IMG/VR virus record: IMGVR_UViG_3300037692_000179
Span: 1 to 47,713 of that record
Strand: one strand, 5' to 3'
DNA length: 47,713 nt
Source of the DNA: a virus
Lineage: Duplodnaviria; Caudoviricetes
Shown here: piece by piece, positions 9,895-19,219 of the stretch
Layout of the letters: each line of letters starts with the position of its first letter
Numbering within the stretch: position 1 is the first letter of the stretch
Notes under the pieces: model-generated
Seen by the model: the letters and a program-made list of their open reading frames with translations, nothing else
What the model was told of the DNA's origin: nothing
The model's database searches: none
Translations under genes and position numbers: made by a program

Positions 9895-11734
9895 CTTTGT
9901 TCTCCTTTTTGTTAGAGTTGTTTTGCTTCGAGGCGGATTTCACAGCGAGCTCTGCCGCAAAGCGGGCATCCTCACGTTCCATCATAAGGATTTGGTACTC
10001 CTTCACACGTTGTTTTACGGAGAAGGGTATATTTGCAAATTCAAGGAGGACATCAACGGGGATAGCACCTGGGTTGTTTAGCGCAAAGTCAGTCAACATA
10101 CGCATAGTCGCGAGGCGGGTTGTTACGTTTTCAGCCTCCTCGTCTATCTCCATGTCGAACTCACCAGTGGTAATGTCATTCCAGCCGGCTACCTGTGGAT
10201 TCAGCTGGGTATTAACGGAGATAAGTTGCATCCCATTTTCCCCTTCGATCCGGATTACAGTTTCATCCGGTACGAATTGCTGGATCAAGCCTAAGAGTAT
10301 CTTAGTACTGAGTCTACGGGACTCAGAAAAGTTCATATACAGGATATAAAGGACTGCTATGGAGCTCTCTTGTCTGAGAGACACGGAGGAAGTAGGCTCT
10401 CTGGAGGTCGTTTGGATACCAAGAAGTGGATCTTGCACTCCGGCTACGTCCTTCATACCCTGTTGGTTTGTGGCGTCGAGGTACTGGTAGATAGGAGAGA
10501 TCTGTGGTTGATCAGAAAACTTGATCTTCCCAGAAGATACCGCGCCTTGTGCAGTCTCCATGTGGTAAGTTGGGTCCGCTCCGCGCTCCTCGTAGTCCTC
10601 GACGTTGAGGATTGCTCCGACCTCGTGCATAAGGATACCACGTGGGGAGGTCTGGAGGAGGTGCTGGAGCTGTCGGCGCATGGTGTTAAGGCCACGCTGC
10701 GGGTCCTTCTGCATGGTGATTGCACTGAACCAGCGATTGTTTACGTCATCGAGGTAAGCTCCGTACTGTACTATCGGGAAAGAGTCGAAGCGGTACGGGG
10801 AGATGCCGTATTCGAGAAGCCTGTCGCCGGAAAAGATAGCGTAGTATATATTGTTCTTGTAGCTTTCATACGCCTGGACACCGTTGGGAAGCTGGAGGGT
10901 TTCCCCGTTGGGGAGGGAGATTCCTTCCATCAGTCCTTTGTTGTATGTCTTGAAGTCTTCTTCCCGAAGCCACTCTTCTTTCTGGGTGAGTGGGTTGATG
11001 AACCAGAAGACTTTCTCGAACTTACGGTACCAGCCCTCGACGACTCGGACGAGGCCGCTTTGAAGGTCGAAGAAGGTAAGGTTGACACCGTTGAAAGTGT
11101 TGGAGTAGTTGGATAGCTCCTGGATAGGGATGTCAGGCCAGTAGACCTTTGCCTCGTCTTCAGTGAGCCACTTGTGGAAGAAGAAGAACCGTGCGTCGGA
11201 GAGGTCGTACTCGGTGGACTTCGGATCCTTGAAACAGTCGTGACCATCGAGACGCATGGTCTTTATAGCTGGCTTGAATGGATTAGTAGCGTCGATGTAG
11301 TAGTACTGGTAGGAGCGCCCACTCTTTACCATGTGAGTGAAGCACTCGATCTCCCTGCGATGGAGGGAGAGTTTTCGGCGGAAGTGCTTTAGGACACCTT
11401 GGCAGAGTTCCGTGAGAGCTTCGTCCTCCATGCCGACAGGGACAAGGGTGGGCTCGGATTTCATCTGAGCGCCGATACCGACGAGGATGTCGATCTTGGG
11501 CTTGACTTCGTTCCAGGTGGTGCAGGGTCGTCGGAGGTTGGCGAGCTCAGCCTTGACGAACTCGGAGTCTTGGTCCCCGGCATAGAAGCGGTAGTCTTCC
11601 TCGGACTCTGTCCTCCAAAGAGATTCAGATCTAGAACCCTCGCAGATAGCAAGGGATTTGCAGAGGAAGTCAGTTGTTTCCTTTTGCTTTTCCTCTGAGA
11701 GGTTGAATCTTTTTCGAGTCTTTGGTGTGGGCAT
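9887..11734 (-). CDS. Portal protein, P22-like
   Basis: EDYRFYAGDQ, RPCTTWNEVKPKID and KDPQRGLN motifs; follows TerL. Confidence 0.9.
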   Translation of the reverse strand: MPTPKTRKRFNLSEEKQKETTDFLCKSLAICEGSRSESLWRTESEEDYRFYAGDQDSEFVKAELANLRRPCTTWNEVKPKIDILVGIGAQMKSEPTLVPVGMEDEALTELCQGVLKHFRRKLSLHRREIECFTHMVKSGRSYQYYYIDATNPFKPAIKTMRLDGHDCFKDPKSTEYDLSDARFFFFHKWLTEDEAKVYWPDIPIQELSNYSNTFNGVNLTFFDLQSGLVRVVEGWYRKFEKVFWFINPLTQKEEWLREEDFKTYNKGLMEGISLPNGETLQLPNGVQAYESYKNNIYYAIFSGDRLLEYGISPYRFDSFPIVQYGAYLDDVNNRWFSAITMQKDPQRGLNTMRRQLQHLLQTSPRGILMHEVGAILNVEDYEERGADPTYHMETAQGAVSSGKIKFSDQPQISPIYQYLDATNQQGMKDVAGVQDPLLGIQTTSREPTSSVSLRQESSIAVLYILYMNFSESRRLSTKILLGLIQQFVPDETVIRIEGENGMQLISVNTQLNPQVAGWNDITTGEFDMEIDEEAENVTTRLATMRMLTDFALNNPGAIPVDVLLEFANIPFSVKQRVKEYQILMMEREDARFAAELAVKSASKQNNSNKKENKDG

Positions 11735-11783
11735 CTGGAGGCCTCGTCAACTATATGTTCAAATTTTGTATCTTTGTCTGGCG

Positions 11784-13271
11784 TTACCGTACCATCCAAG
11801 CGTCGGAATTCGCTACCCCCTGGGAGTCATAGTGTCTGCGTCTTGTCTGGCGAAGACGCTGTGCCTTGGCTTCTGGGGAGAAGATCTTAAATGCGACGCT
11901 CTCGAAGTACTCTGTGAGACAAAGGGCGTCGGCGATGTTAGGGGAGGCTACGCCACGCTTCTTCATGTCCTTTTTGCTTTCGACCTTGTAGCCTCCGTGA
12001 GCGTTGAAGTCGTAGCGTGGAGCGGCGAGTTCTTCTGCAAGCTCCTGCCCCATAGGGATTCCGTCGACGGTGAGCTTTGTAGGGAAAGAGTAGAGGCCTT
12101 TCATACACTTCTCTCGGACACGGAGCCAAAGCTCGTCCCGGAGGCGGTCGTATTTAGCGAGGTCAGAAGCGGCAAGGGCTACGTTGACGCCAAAGATGTC
12201 TCGGAAGTTGTGCTTGTGGAGCCAGTCGACGACGCCAGCACCGATACCGATTTCGTCTATACCAGCGCCCTCTGCCTCGAGACTTTCGTAGGCGAGCTTG
12301 ACGTGGGAGGCCAGGGAGATGGTGTTCATCCCTCGGAATGTCTCCCACGGATCGACGATTAGGCCTTGGCGTGGGAGGATTATCGAAGCGTCGTCTCCGA
12401 AGCGGGCAACGTCAACGCCGAGGTAAAGAGGTTCTTCATCCGCGACTTCGATGGCGTTGCCGATGCACTGCATGGACCAGGCGAGTGGGATAAGGGTCTT
12501 TTCATCCTCAAGCGGCGGATCACCACAGACACGGATTCGGTAGACGTTGGAGTCTTCCCCATACTTCACCCTCATGTATTCGCAGTAAGATGGGTTTACG
12601 TTGGAACTCTTGCGGGAGTCCCAATGGAGTCTTTGCCACTGCTTCGAGTGCTCGACGTGGAAGTGAGTGTCGTAGAAGTAGCCGACGTTTTTAGTCATGT
12701 TCCCGATGAGGATTGCCCAGTTGTCCTCCTGGGTGAGGGCACCTTCCAGGGTTGTGTAGACTGGGTCGAGGACACCAGAGGCCTCGTCGACGATGACCAT
12801 GAAGTGGTCGCCGTGGAGACCAGCGAGGGTTTCTGCCTGTTCCTCTGGGTTGGAGGAGACACCTGGGGAGATGGTCCTGCACCACCAAGTGTCGGAGGCT
12901 CCCTTGTAAAACATCTTCTGTTTTTGCTTTTCAAAGAGGTCGCGGACTTCGGAGCGCTTTATCCACTTCCCTAGCTCGGACCATAGGATGTCTTGGAGCT
13001 GGCGAGCAGTGGGTGCGGTGCAGGCGATCTTTGCGTCTTCGCGGGTGGCCATGAACCAGAGGATAAGCCAGGAAACCCAGGCGTCTTTTCCAGTCCCGTG
13101 ACCGGATCGGACTGAGATTTTCCGTCCCTTGAATGTTCCGTCTCTGACAGCGATGAGACCTTCGAGCTGCTGGTTCGAAGGCTCCACGTCTACAACGTCC
13201 CGGACGAAGGCGACTGGGTCGTACCGCCAAGTGCGGAAGCGGGATAAGACGTTTCTGTCAAGAGAGGTCAT
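11784..13271 (-). CDS. terL: Terminase large subunit
   Basis: Walker A SGHGTGK, Walker B VIVDEASG, nuclease motifs LGVDVARFGDD and SPNIADAL. Confidence 0.95.
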   Translation of the reverse strand: MTSLDRNVLSRFRTWRYDPVAFVRDVVDVEPSNQQLEGLIAVRDGTFKGRKISVRSGHGTGKDAWVSWLILWFMATREDAKIACTAPTARQLQDILWSELGKWIKRSEVRDLFEKQKQKMFYKGASDTWWCRTISPGVSSNPEEQAETLAGLHGDHFMVIVDEASGVLDPVYTTLEGALTQEDNWAILIGNMTKNVGYFYDTHFHVEHSKQWQRLHWDSRKSSNVNPSYCEYMRVKYGEDSNVYRIRVCGDPPLEDEKTLIPLAWSMQCIGNAIEVADEEPLYLGVDVARFGDDASIILPRQGLIVDPWETFRGMNTISLASHVKLAYESLEAEGAGIDEIGIGAGVVDWLHKHNFRDIFGVNVALAASDLAKYDRLRDELWLRVREKCMKGLYSFPTKLTVDGIPMGQELAEELAAPRYDFNAHGGYKVESKKDMKKRGVASPNIADALCLTEYFESVAFKIFSPEAKAQRLRQTRRRHYDSQGVANSDAWMVR

Positions 13272-13735
13272 AGGTTTGGTAGCCCTGTTGGGGTGGAAGA
13301 TACAGGCTTGGAGAGAGGAGTTACGTCGATCTCCTGACCTTTTTCCTCAGCATCGAGTGCACGAAGGTATCCGACAATGCCGATCATTTCAGTGGGCTGT
13401 CCCTTCATAAGGAGCTCTTTTTCCTTCAGGGTCTTGTAAGCTCCGACGATGTCGCGGAGAGGAGCGTCGTGGATCTTCTGCTCGGTGACGGCGGCAAGGA
13501 GGCGGATCTGGATCTCTGTGAGTTGGTCAGCCTGGACCTTGCGGTAGTCGTCCATGAGGCCCTTGGTGGAGTCAAGTCGCGCGACTAAGGTTTGGATTTT
13601 GCTCGGCTCGACTTCCGTGGAGAGAATGGACTGTATCTCCGGGACGGTGTAGCCGGACTCAGCAAGGGCCTTGATCTCAGAGACAGAGATTGAATCTGGG
13701 AGGCCGAGTTTTCCTTTCAGTTCGTCTAGGTCCAC
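13268..13735 (-). CDS. Putative terminase small subunit (GTG start)
   Basis: Overlaps the TerL start; helical, with an HTH-like N-terminus; AAAGGA RBS before the GTG at 13735. Confidence 0.65.
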   Translation of the reverse strand: MDLDELKGKLGLPDSISVSEIKALAESGYTVPEIQSILSTEVEPSKIQTLVARLDSTKGLMDDYRKVQADQLTEIQIRLLAAVTEQKIHDAPLRDIVGAYKTLKEKELLMKGQPTEMIGIVGYLRALDAEEKGQEIDVTPLSKPVSSTPTGLPNL

Positions 13736-13910
13736 TGGGTAAGTCCTTTCACATCGTCTAGTACAATTTCGCACTTTTGCTTAAGCGTGTCAATAGAAAA
13801 AAGAAAGTTTACTTAAATATTTTGGTTAAGGGTTTAGCCGACACAAAAGGAACGAAGCCTCTTCTAAGACTTCTCTTTCTCCTCCAAGGAGACAGTGTGG
13901 CTGAAGAAAG

Positions 13911-13985
13911 AACTTTTGCGAAAGGTGCTTTTACGGGAGAACCTGAGTGTACTTGACAAACTTTTGCGAGCTTTTACGGGAGAAT
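13911..13985. repeat. Imperfect direct repeat AACTTTTGCGA..GCTTTTACGGGAGAA (2 copies)
   Basis: Copies at about 13911-13941 and 13959-13985, in the divergent intergenic region. Confidence 0.7.
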
Positions 13986-14384
13986 CCTCGACCCTTTCCG
14001 AGGTGACATGGCGCGGTGTGCCCAGGCAAAGGTTCAAATTTCGCCGCTTTTCCTGGCACACGCAATCTTTCCCAGAAGACACTTTTGAAATTCTTCTCGT
14101 GGAGAAAAAGGAGGTCATCTATCACGCAGAGGGGGGTGCCTGGTGCTCCGGGGGGTGCCCCTTGGATGGTTGGATGTGTGGAGGGTGGGTGGGCAGACGC
14201 GTGTGGCAGGAATGTGGTATACTGGTATTGAAAGATGAAGGTCGGTCGGACCCGGCGACCGTGTAAACTCGGGTTTTGCAAGATTCGGTCTTTGACAATT
14301 GAACGGGCAAAGTTGGAACGCCCGAAGCCATATTGCCTGAGAGAAAGCTTGGGCTAAGCATCCACGGATGCAGACGGCGAGAAG

Positions 14385-14954
14385 ATACCAGTAGTCTGCC
14401 ATGCCCAGCCGACTTGGGAGGCAAGGCCTCCGGAAAGGTAGGAGAAAATGGCAGACGTGAAACGGGCGAAGGTGACGTTGGACGATGAAAAGCTCGTGGT
14501 GGTGATTGAGGACGGGGGGAAGTCCAAGACCTACAGGCTGGATAAGGTGCCGGAAGGACTGCACGCGCGGTTTGCCCTACATGGGATGGCACAGAAACTT
14601 CGAGACGCAGTCGCCAGCAAGAGTGCCAAGGCGGGATATTCGGCTGGGGAAAGGTTCGAGGTGATGGATAAACTCTTCGAAGCCTTTTGCAAGGGGGAAT
14701 ATACCGTCCGAGGCGAAGGTGGCGGCGGTGGTGGGAGTCAGCTGGACGAGGCGGCTCGGAAGTTCCTGGCCGGGGAGCTCTCGGATGCGGAACAGAAGGT
14801 GTTGGATTCCGTTGGGCTTCTGGAGAAGATCAAAGCGCGGGCGCGGAAGTTGCAGGAAAAGGAACAGGAAGCCGCGCTGGAAGACGGAGAAGAAGAAGAA
14901 GAAGAAGAAAATAACTAACAAAAGCTTCGGCTGGGTGTGGCAGGCTACTGGTGT
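14385..14954 (+). promoter_or_regulatory. 28-bp inverted repeat (14385-14412 / 14927-14954) enclosing gene 14448-14918
   Basis: 24 Watson-Crick pairs plus 4 G-U wobbles on the + strand, with no true mismatches. Confidence 0.8.
14448..14918 (+). CDS. Early protein, paralogue of 22259-22690, with acidic tail
   Basis: AGGAG RBS; LHGMAQKLRDA...GEYTVR matches MHGAIQKLGDA...GNWTVR; poly-Glu C-terminus. Confidence 0.85.
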   Translation: MADVKRAKVTLDDEKLVVVIEDGGKSKTYRLDKVPEGLHARFALHGMAQKLRDAVASKSAKAGYSAGERFEVMDKLFEAFCKGEYTVRGEGGGGGGSQLDEAARKFLAGELSDAEQKVLDSVGLLEKIKARARKLQEKEQEAALEDGEEEEEEENN

Positions 14955-14997
14955 GGAAGACGGGAAAGACGCAGTCTTGAAGGAAAGGAGAAAAGAG

Positions 14998-15231
14998 ATG
15001 ACTGAAGTGGAAGTTTCGGCTGAGATGAGAGAGGTCGCCAAGCGGAAGATGGAACTGGAGAAAGAGCTATCGACCCTGGAGAAAAGGTTCCAGGAGTTGA
15101 AGGAGCTGAAGGTGAGGCTTTTCCAGAGGGTAGTCGTTGTCCCGGAAGGGGAGAGTGGGAAGAAAAGGGGTGGCCCAACGGGGCTGTCCCAGGTCCAGAA
15201 GGACGCCCTCCGGAAGCTCGGGCTGTTGTAG
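14998..15231 (+). CDS. Small coiled-coil hypothetical protein (77 aa)
   Basis: AAGGAG RBS; MTEVEVSAEM...QKDALRKLGLL. Confidence 0.7.
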   Translation: MTEVEVSAEMREVAKRKMELEKELSTLEKRFQELKELKVRLFQRVVVVPEGESGKKRGGPTGLSQVQKDALRKLGLL

Positions 15232-15272
15232 CCTGGGAGGGAAGGTTGCGGAACTGGGTCGAAGGGTGTGAT

Positions 15273-15754
15273 AGTTGTGTAAATGTGTATCGTGTATCGT
15301 GTGGCGTGTATCGTGTATCGTGTATCTTTCCGGTAAAAACCGGGTTTCAATGTGTGACACTTTGACTGCGTCTCTCCCATCCCAGTCTTTCCCATTCCCA
15401 GCTTCCCTTCCCACCCTACTGTATAGTTTTTTTTTTTTTTTTTTTTCTTATAAGGGAAGGGCAAAAACTGAGTGTCAAAATTTTGACGCGCTCGGAAAGT
15501 ACTAAGGGAAAGGTTCACACATTTGGATTCCCCAGTGAAAGCGTCAAACATTGACACTTTATCTGGGACATTGTCCTTCCAAGGCATTGTGTCAAACATC
15601 GTCTCTTTTCCTGGCCCGCGAAAACCCTGGGACGGGAAGTGTCCTTTCAGGGAAAGTGTCACACATTGGAAACGGGGATTATGGCAAAAGATACACGATA
15701 CAGGATACACGATACAGGATACAAATGCCACAAATGCCACGCATTTACGCAACT
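15273..15754. other. Putative replication origin / control region
   Basis: Inverted arms of about 90-100 bp (15273-15363, 15653-15754) containing 7-bp GATACAC repeats. T20 at 15427-15446, GTCAAA..TGAC sites, non-coding, at the skew switch. Confidence 0.6.
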
Positions 15755-15786
15755 GTCACAAATATACACAAACTGCAATTTCGTCA

Positions 15787-15814
15787 TTGCCAGGGCGTGT
15801 TTTCATGTTATAAT
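15787..15814 (+). promoter_or_regulatory. Sigma70-type promoter
   Basis: TTGCCA-16 nt-TATAAT with extended TGn -10, upstream of the early operon. Confidence 0.7.
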
Positions 15815-15884
15815 GGTATCATGAAAGTACGGACCTGGAACCACCAACCCAGGGAAAACCCTGGCAACCAAAGGAGGAAACAGC

Positions 15885-16277
15885 ATGAGCGAAAAGATCT
15901 TGACACTGGACGGAGTCCTCGCGAACGGGAAGAGCCTGGAGTGTACCCTGTACAAACTGGAGTCCCCTTTCAACACCTATCACCTCGAAGAGGCCAAGAA
16001 GAAAGGCATGGAGGGTTTCGACGAAGTCGCCATCATCGTCCCTGTAAACCCGGAGGACACAGGGGACACTTGCCTCGTCATCGCAGTCACCAGGGTGGAG
16101 GACGGGACAATCATCGAGCCGATCTCCGCTATCAACTTCGCAGCATTTGATTCCTTGGTCGAAATAGTCTCCATGGCGCGGGGACTTTTCGAGATCCTCC
16201 ATAAAGATGAGCGGGAGAAACTTGGAAGAGCGGCCTTGGAAGAAACCCACCGTAAAAGAGCGGAAAGGCTGCGCTGA
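15885..16277 (+). CDS. Hypothetical early protein (130 aa)
   Basis: AAGGAGG RBS; first gene after the promoter. Confidence 0.8.
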   Translation: MSEKILTLDGVLANGKSLECTLYKLESPFNTYHLEEAKKKGMEGFDEVAIIVPVNPEDTGDTCLVIAVTRVEDGTIIEPISAINFAAFDSLVEIVSMARGLFEILHKDEREKLGRAALEETHRKRAERLR

Positions 16278-16278
16278 G

Positions 16279-16527
16279 ATGCCACGGTTCTTCAAGCCGG
16301 AGCAAAGCTCCTACATGACGAGGTTTCTCCTAAAGCGGTGCAAGCACTATTCTGGAGCGACTTGGTCCCAGCGTCTCCCGAATGATGTTTGGTATTGTCG
16401 CTGTCCCAGCTGCGAAGCCCTCACCGGCGCGGCACCGGGGGAAAGCTTTGACTCCCACTTCGAGGTAGTCACAATAATGGCGACCTCCCTCCAGGAGGCA
16501 CTGGATAAGGCCTTGGTGCTTGGATAA
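16279..16527 (+). CDS. Hypothetical protein with a CxCxxC motif
   Basis: ATG immediately after the upstream stop; MPRFFKPE... Confidence 0.6.
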   Translation: MPRFFKPEQSSYMTRFLLKRCKHYSGATWSQRLPNDVWYCRCPSCEALTGAAPGESFDSHFEVVTIMATSLQEALDKALVLG

Positions 16528-16597
16528 CCCAAACTTGGGACTGAACATCCCAGACAAAACGTCAAAATTTGAAACAATAACTGGAAAGGACCACGAC

Positions 16598-16864
16598 ATG
16601 AAGTGCATTATAGATCTAGCCTGTGAACCCACACAAGAAATGTGTGGGGAACTCCTTGACGAACTCCGTCGCCAGGTTGATGGCCTGGATGAGGAAAACG
16701 TCCAAGTCGGAATCATCCAACCAGACAAACTCATCGTCACAGTCCCGGAAGATATCTTCGAAGACGACCTTGACCTTTGCTCAGAGGTTGAATGGTGTCT
16801 GGTTGAACTCGGCATCCCCTACCACGACATTCTTCCAGAAGAGGAGGCCACCGATGATCTCTAA
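16598..16864 (+). CDS. Acidic hypothetical protein
   Basis: AAAGGA RBS; MKCIIDLACEP... Confidence 0.7.
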   Translation: MKCIIDLACEPTQEMCGELLDELRRQVDGLDEENVQVGIIQPDKLIVTVPEDIFEDDLDLCSEVEWCLVELGIPYHDILPEEEATDDL

Positions 16865-17120
16865 CACCACCGAGGAAATCACATTATTTGGTCTTACCTT
16901 CACGGTAAACTACGACTATTTCCCTTTCTGTCCCGGCTCCCGCGAGAGCGGCACAGGCTTCCAGCTTGAACCGGATGAGCCCGAGTCCGTGGAAATCTGC
17001 GAAATCTTCACAGAAGAGGACATCCTCGAGGTCTTCGATCGCTTCCCTTCTCGTGAAGACCTCACCTCCGGACTCGCCGCCACCATCCTCGAAAAAAGCC
17101 GAGAAAGGGACGAAGAATGA
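16854..17120 (+). CDS. Acidic hypothetical protein
   Basis: GGAGG RBS; MISNTTEEI...LEPDEPESVEI. Confidence 0.7.
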   Translation: MISNTTEEITLFGLTFTVNYDYFPFCPGSRESGTGFQLEPDEPESVEICEIFTEEDILEVFDRFPSREDLTSGLAATILEKSRERDEE

Positions 17121-17452
17121 TCCTCAACGTCAAGCGCGGAATTGACCTCCGCCTGAAACTTTCCGAGAAACAGGACTACGCCAGGGCGAACACCCTCACT
17201 GTCCTCGTCAACAACTCCCACACAGTCGCCCACGGTGTTCTCCCAGAAGCTCCAGACATGCTTATCCGCCTCTCCCTCCCTGGCTTCCTCAAGGGTACCT
17301 CGGACAAGTTCCTCCACAACTACATCTACCGCAAGATAGAATGGCTCACCTATACCAAGGCCGCACCGTCTCTCGAACTCGAACCGAGGGAAGCAGACTT
17401 CCACTCTCCTCGGCGCTTCCGCTCATACGAGAAACGCCGTCGCCTTGGTTAA
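17117..17452 (+). CDS. Hypothetical protein
   Basis: ATGA overlap with the upstream gene. Confidence 0.65.
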   Translation: MILNVKRGIDLRLKLSEKQDYARANTLTVLVNNSHTVAHGVLPEAPDMLIRLSLPGFLKGTSDKFLHNYIYRKIEWLTYTKAAPSLELEPREADFHSPRRFRSYEKRRRLG

Positions 17453-17472
17453 GCCCACGGAGGCATCCCAAA

Positions 17473-17814
17473 ATGAACAAGAGCGAAGAAATGACAACTG
17501 TCCACCGTACCAAGCTAGAGCTTTACCTCAAGCGCACAGCGCGGGGCAAGATTTTCTCCGTAATCTTCATCAAGAAGGACAACACACTGCGCAAGATGCT
17601 CTGCCGCTTCGACGTAGTCAAGGGTGTAAAAGGCACAGGTTTCTCACCTTCCCACCTAGACAACCCATATCTTACTGTCTGGGACATGCAGAAAGGAGCC
17701 TTCCGCCTTATCAACCTCGAGACAGTCCTCGGAGGCAAGATGGTACATGAAACCTTCGTACTCCATGACGCCCAGGACATAATATCAGCCCACTTCGGAA
17801 AGGACCAACAATGA
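17473..17814 (+). CDS. SH3-fold / WYL-like (DUF2693-like) phage protein
   Basis: FSVIFIKKDNTLRKM...LTVWDMQKGAFRLINL signature. Confidence 0.75.
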   Translation: MNKSEEMTTVHRTKLELYLKRTARGKIFSVIFIKKDNTLRKMLCRFDVVKGVKGTGFSPSHLDNPYLTVWDMQKGAFRLINLETVLGGKMVHETFVLHDAQDIISAHFGKDQQ

Positions 17815-18206
17815 CAAGGGAAGAAATCCGCATCCTCTTTGACCGAGCACTGGAGCTCGGAGACGGGGAGCAAATCCGCATAAAGTGCTCCTCCAAGTCC
17901 CAGATGGAGACCGTGCGCACTTACCTCTACCAGCAGCGCCGGCGTTTCTCCGAGCTTTCCGAAGACCTCTCCATACGCATCTCCAGAGAGATATCCAAGG
18001 ACGGCTTCTTCGTCACCATTTCCAGAAACACCGAACCCTTCTCCAATGTCGAGATCATCCGAAAAGACGGAGTGGAAAGGATCGACCTTACCTCCACACC
18101 TGAAGAAACCCCAAACGAAGAACGCATCCGAGAACTCATGAAAAAGGACGGCTTCACTGACGAAGACATCGACATGCTTCTATCCGAAAAGGCCTCAGAG
18201 GGGTAA
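17811..18206 (+). CDS. Hypothetical protein, paralogue of 18778-19206
   Basis: Colinear similarity: ALELGDGEQ/ALSELAPGEQ, KDGVER/KDGISR, LMKKDGFTDEDI/LMISDDFSLEEI. Confidence 0.8.
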   Translation: MTREEIRILFDRALELGDGEQIRIKCSSKSQMETVRTYLYQQRRRFSELSEDLSIRISREISKDGFFVTISRNTEPFSNVEIIRKDGVERIDLTSTPEETPNEERIRELMKKDGFTDEDIDMLLSEKASEG

Positions 18207-18211
18207 CTGCT

Positions 18212-18616
18212 ATGAACATATCTAAGCTCGCAAAACAGGTCCACTCCATCTTGGACCCAGAAGAACGGGAGACCGCGAAGGCTCTCCTCGAGCAGCTTGG
18301 AATATCTATCCCTGAACCCAAGGACCTAACCCTGAAGAAAACACCCGGCATCTCTACCTTAAAATCTTACAACAACACAGTCACCATAACCTGCGAATGC
18401 TGCCGATCCATCCAGGTAAAGCGCTTTGTCTTAGAAAGCATCAAGACCAATGGCATCCCACACCTACAATCCACACCAGTCGATGCTTTCCCGGAGAAGC
18501 TCCACCACGTCGAGACCTCCTACAAAAAACCACTTTGCCCCAACTGCCGAGACTACCTCTCCTCCCTCTCAAAGGAGGACCTTATAAACCAGATCATTCT
18601 TCTCAGGCAACTATAG
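18212..18616 (+). CDS. Zn-ribbon hypothetical protein
   Basis: CECC and CPNC pairs. Confidence 0.7.
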   Translation: MNISKLAKQVHSILDPEERETAKALLEQLGISIPEPKDLTLKKTPGISTLKSYNNTVTITCECCRSIQVKRFVLESIKTNGIPHLQSTPVDAFPEKLHHVETSYKKPLCPNCRDYLSSLSKEDLINQIILLRQL

Positions 18617-18628
18617 GAGACCCACGAT

Positions 18629-18781
18629 ATGAAAAACTTTGTTCAAGAAGTCCTCCTCGGCCTTATCACCCTTGTCCTCGTCGCAGGCATCCTTTACGCC
18701 GTCTCCCTCTCCATGGACAAGATGCTATCTCTAACCGACAAACTCCAACAAGTCCAACTCACCGGAGGCTCCAAGCAATGA
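18629..18781 (+). CDS. Small single-pass membrane protein (50 aa; not in ORF track)
   Basis: AGGAG RBS; MKNFVQEVLLGLITLVLVAGILYAVSLSM...; ATGA overlap with the next gene. Confidence 0.7.
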   Translation: MKNFVQEVLLGLITLVLVAGILYAVSLSMDKMLSLTDKLQQVQLTGGSKQ

Positions 18782-19206
18782 CCCCTCCTCCAAGCCCAAC
18801 AACCATAGAGGAACTCTGGTTCTCCAAGGCCCTTTCCGAGCTCGCCCCTGGCGAGCAGTTCTTCATCCCGGTCGAGAACCAGCAAGAACAGTCTATGCTC
18901 TACAACAACATCTTAAAGATCCGTGACAGCCTCGCGAAGGAGAACCCTATCACAGCGAGCAAAATCACCATCTCCAAGGAACTCAAGGACGAACGCCTTT
19001 GGGTCATATTAGAGCGCCGCGCAACCTCACCTTTAATCGGCTACAAGAAGGGAAAAGACGGCATCTCCCGCACAGTCCTCCTCTACGACCCGGAGCGCTC
19101 TCGCAAAATCCAGCTCATGATTTCAGACGACTTTTCCCTGGAAGAAATTGAAAAACTCCTCGAAGTGCCACTAACCCAAGACGAGAAAGAAACCTACTTC
19201 TCCTGA
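18778..19206 (+). CDS. Hypothetical protein, paralogue of 17811-18206
   Basis: GGAGG RBS; true start at MTPPPSP, inside the tracked ORF 18397-19206. Confidence 0.8.
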   Translation: MTPPPSPTTIEELWFSKALSELAPGEQFFIPVENQQEQSMLYNNILKIRDSLAKENPITASKITISKELKDERLWVILERRATSPLIGYKKGKDGISRTVLLYDPERSRKIQLMISDDFSLEEIEKLLEVPLTQDEKETYFS

Positions 19207-19219
19207 AAGGACGAAAACG

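Noticed and set aside
7059-13410. Long plus-strand ORFs opposite the head genes (e.g. 7273-8244, 10370-11116)
   Set aside because: Antisense shadows caused by codon bias; no RBS or recognisable motifs.
13763-13792. Late sigma70 promoter on the minus strand
   Set aside because: A perfect TTGACA is present, but there is no acceptable -10 box at 16-18 nt spacing.
15284-15325. Mini-CRISPR or coding repeat (ORFs 14577-15752, 15551-16150 etc.)
   Set aside because: These are 7-bp tandem units without spacers. The overlapping ORFs are low-complexity translations of non-coding repeats and poly-T.
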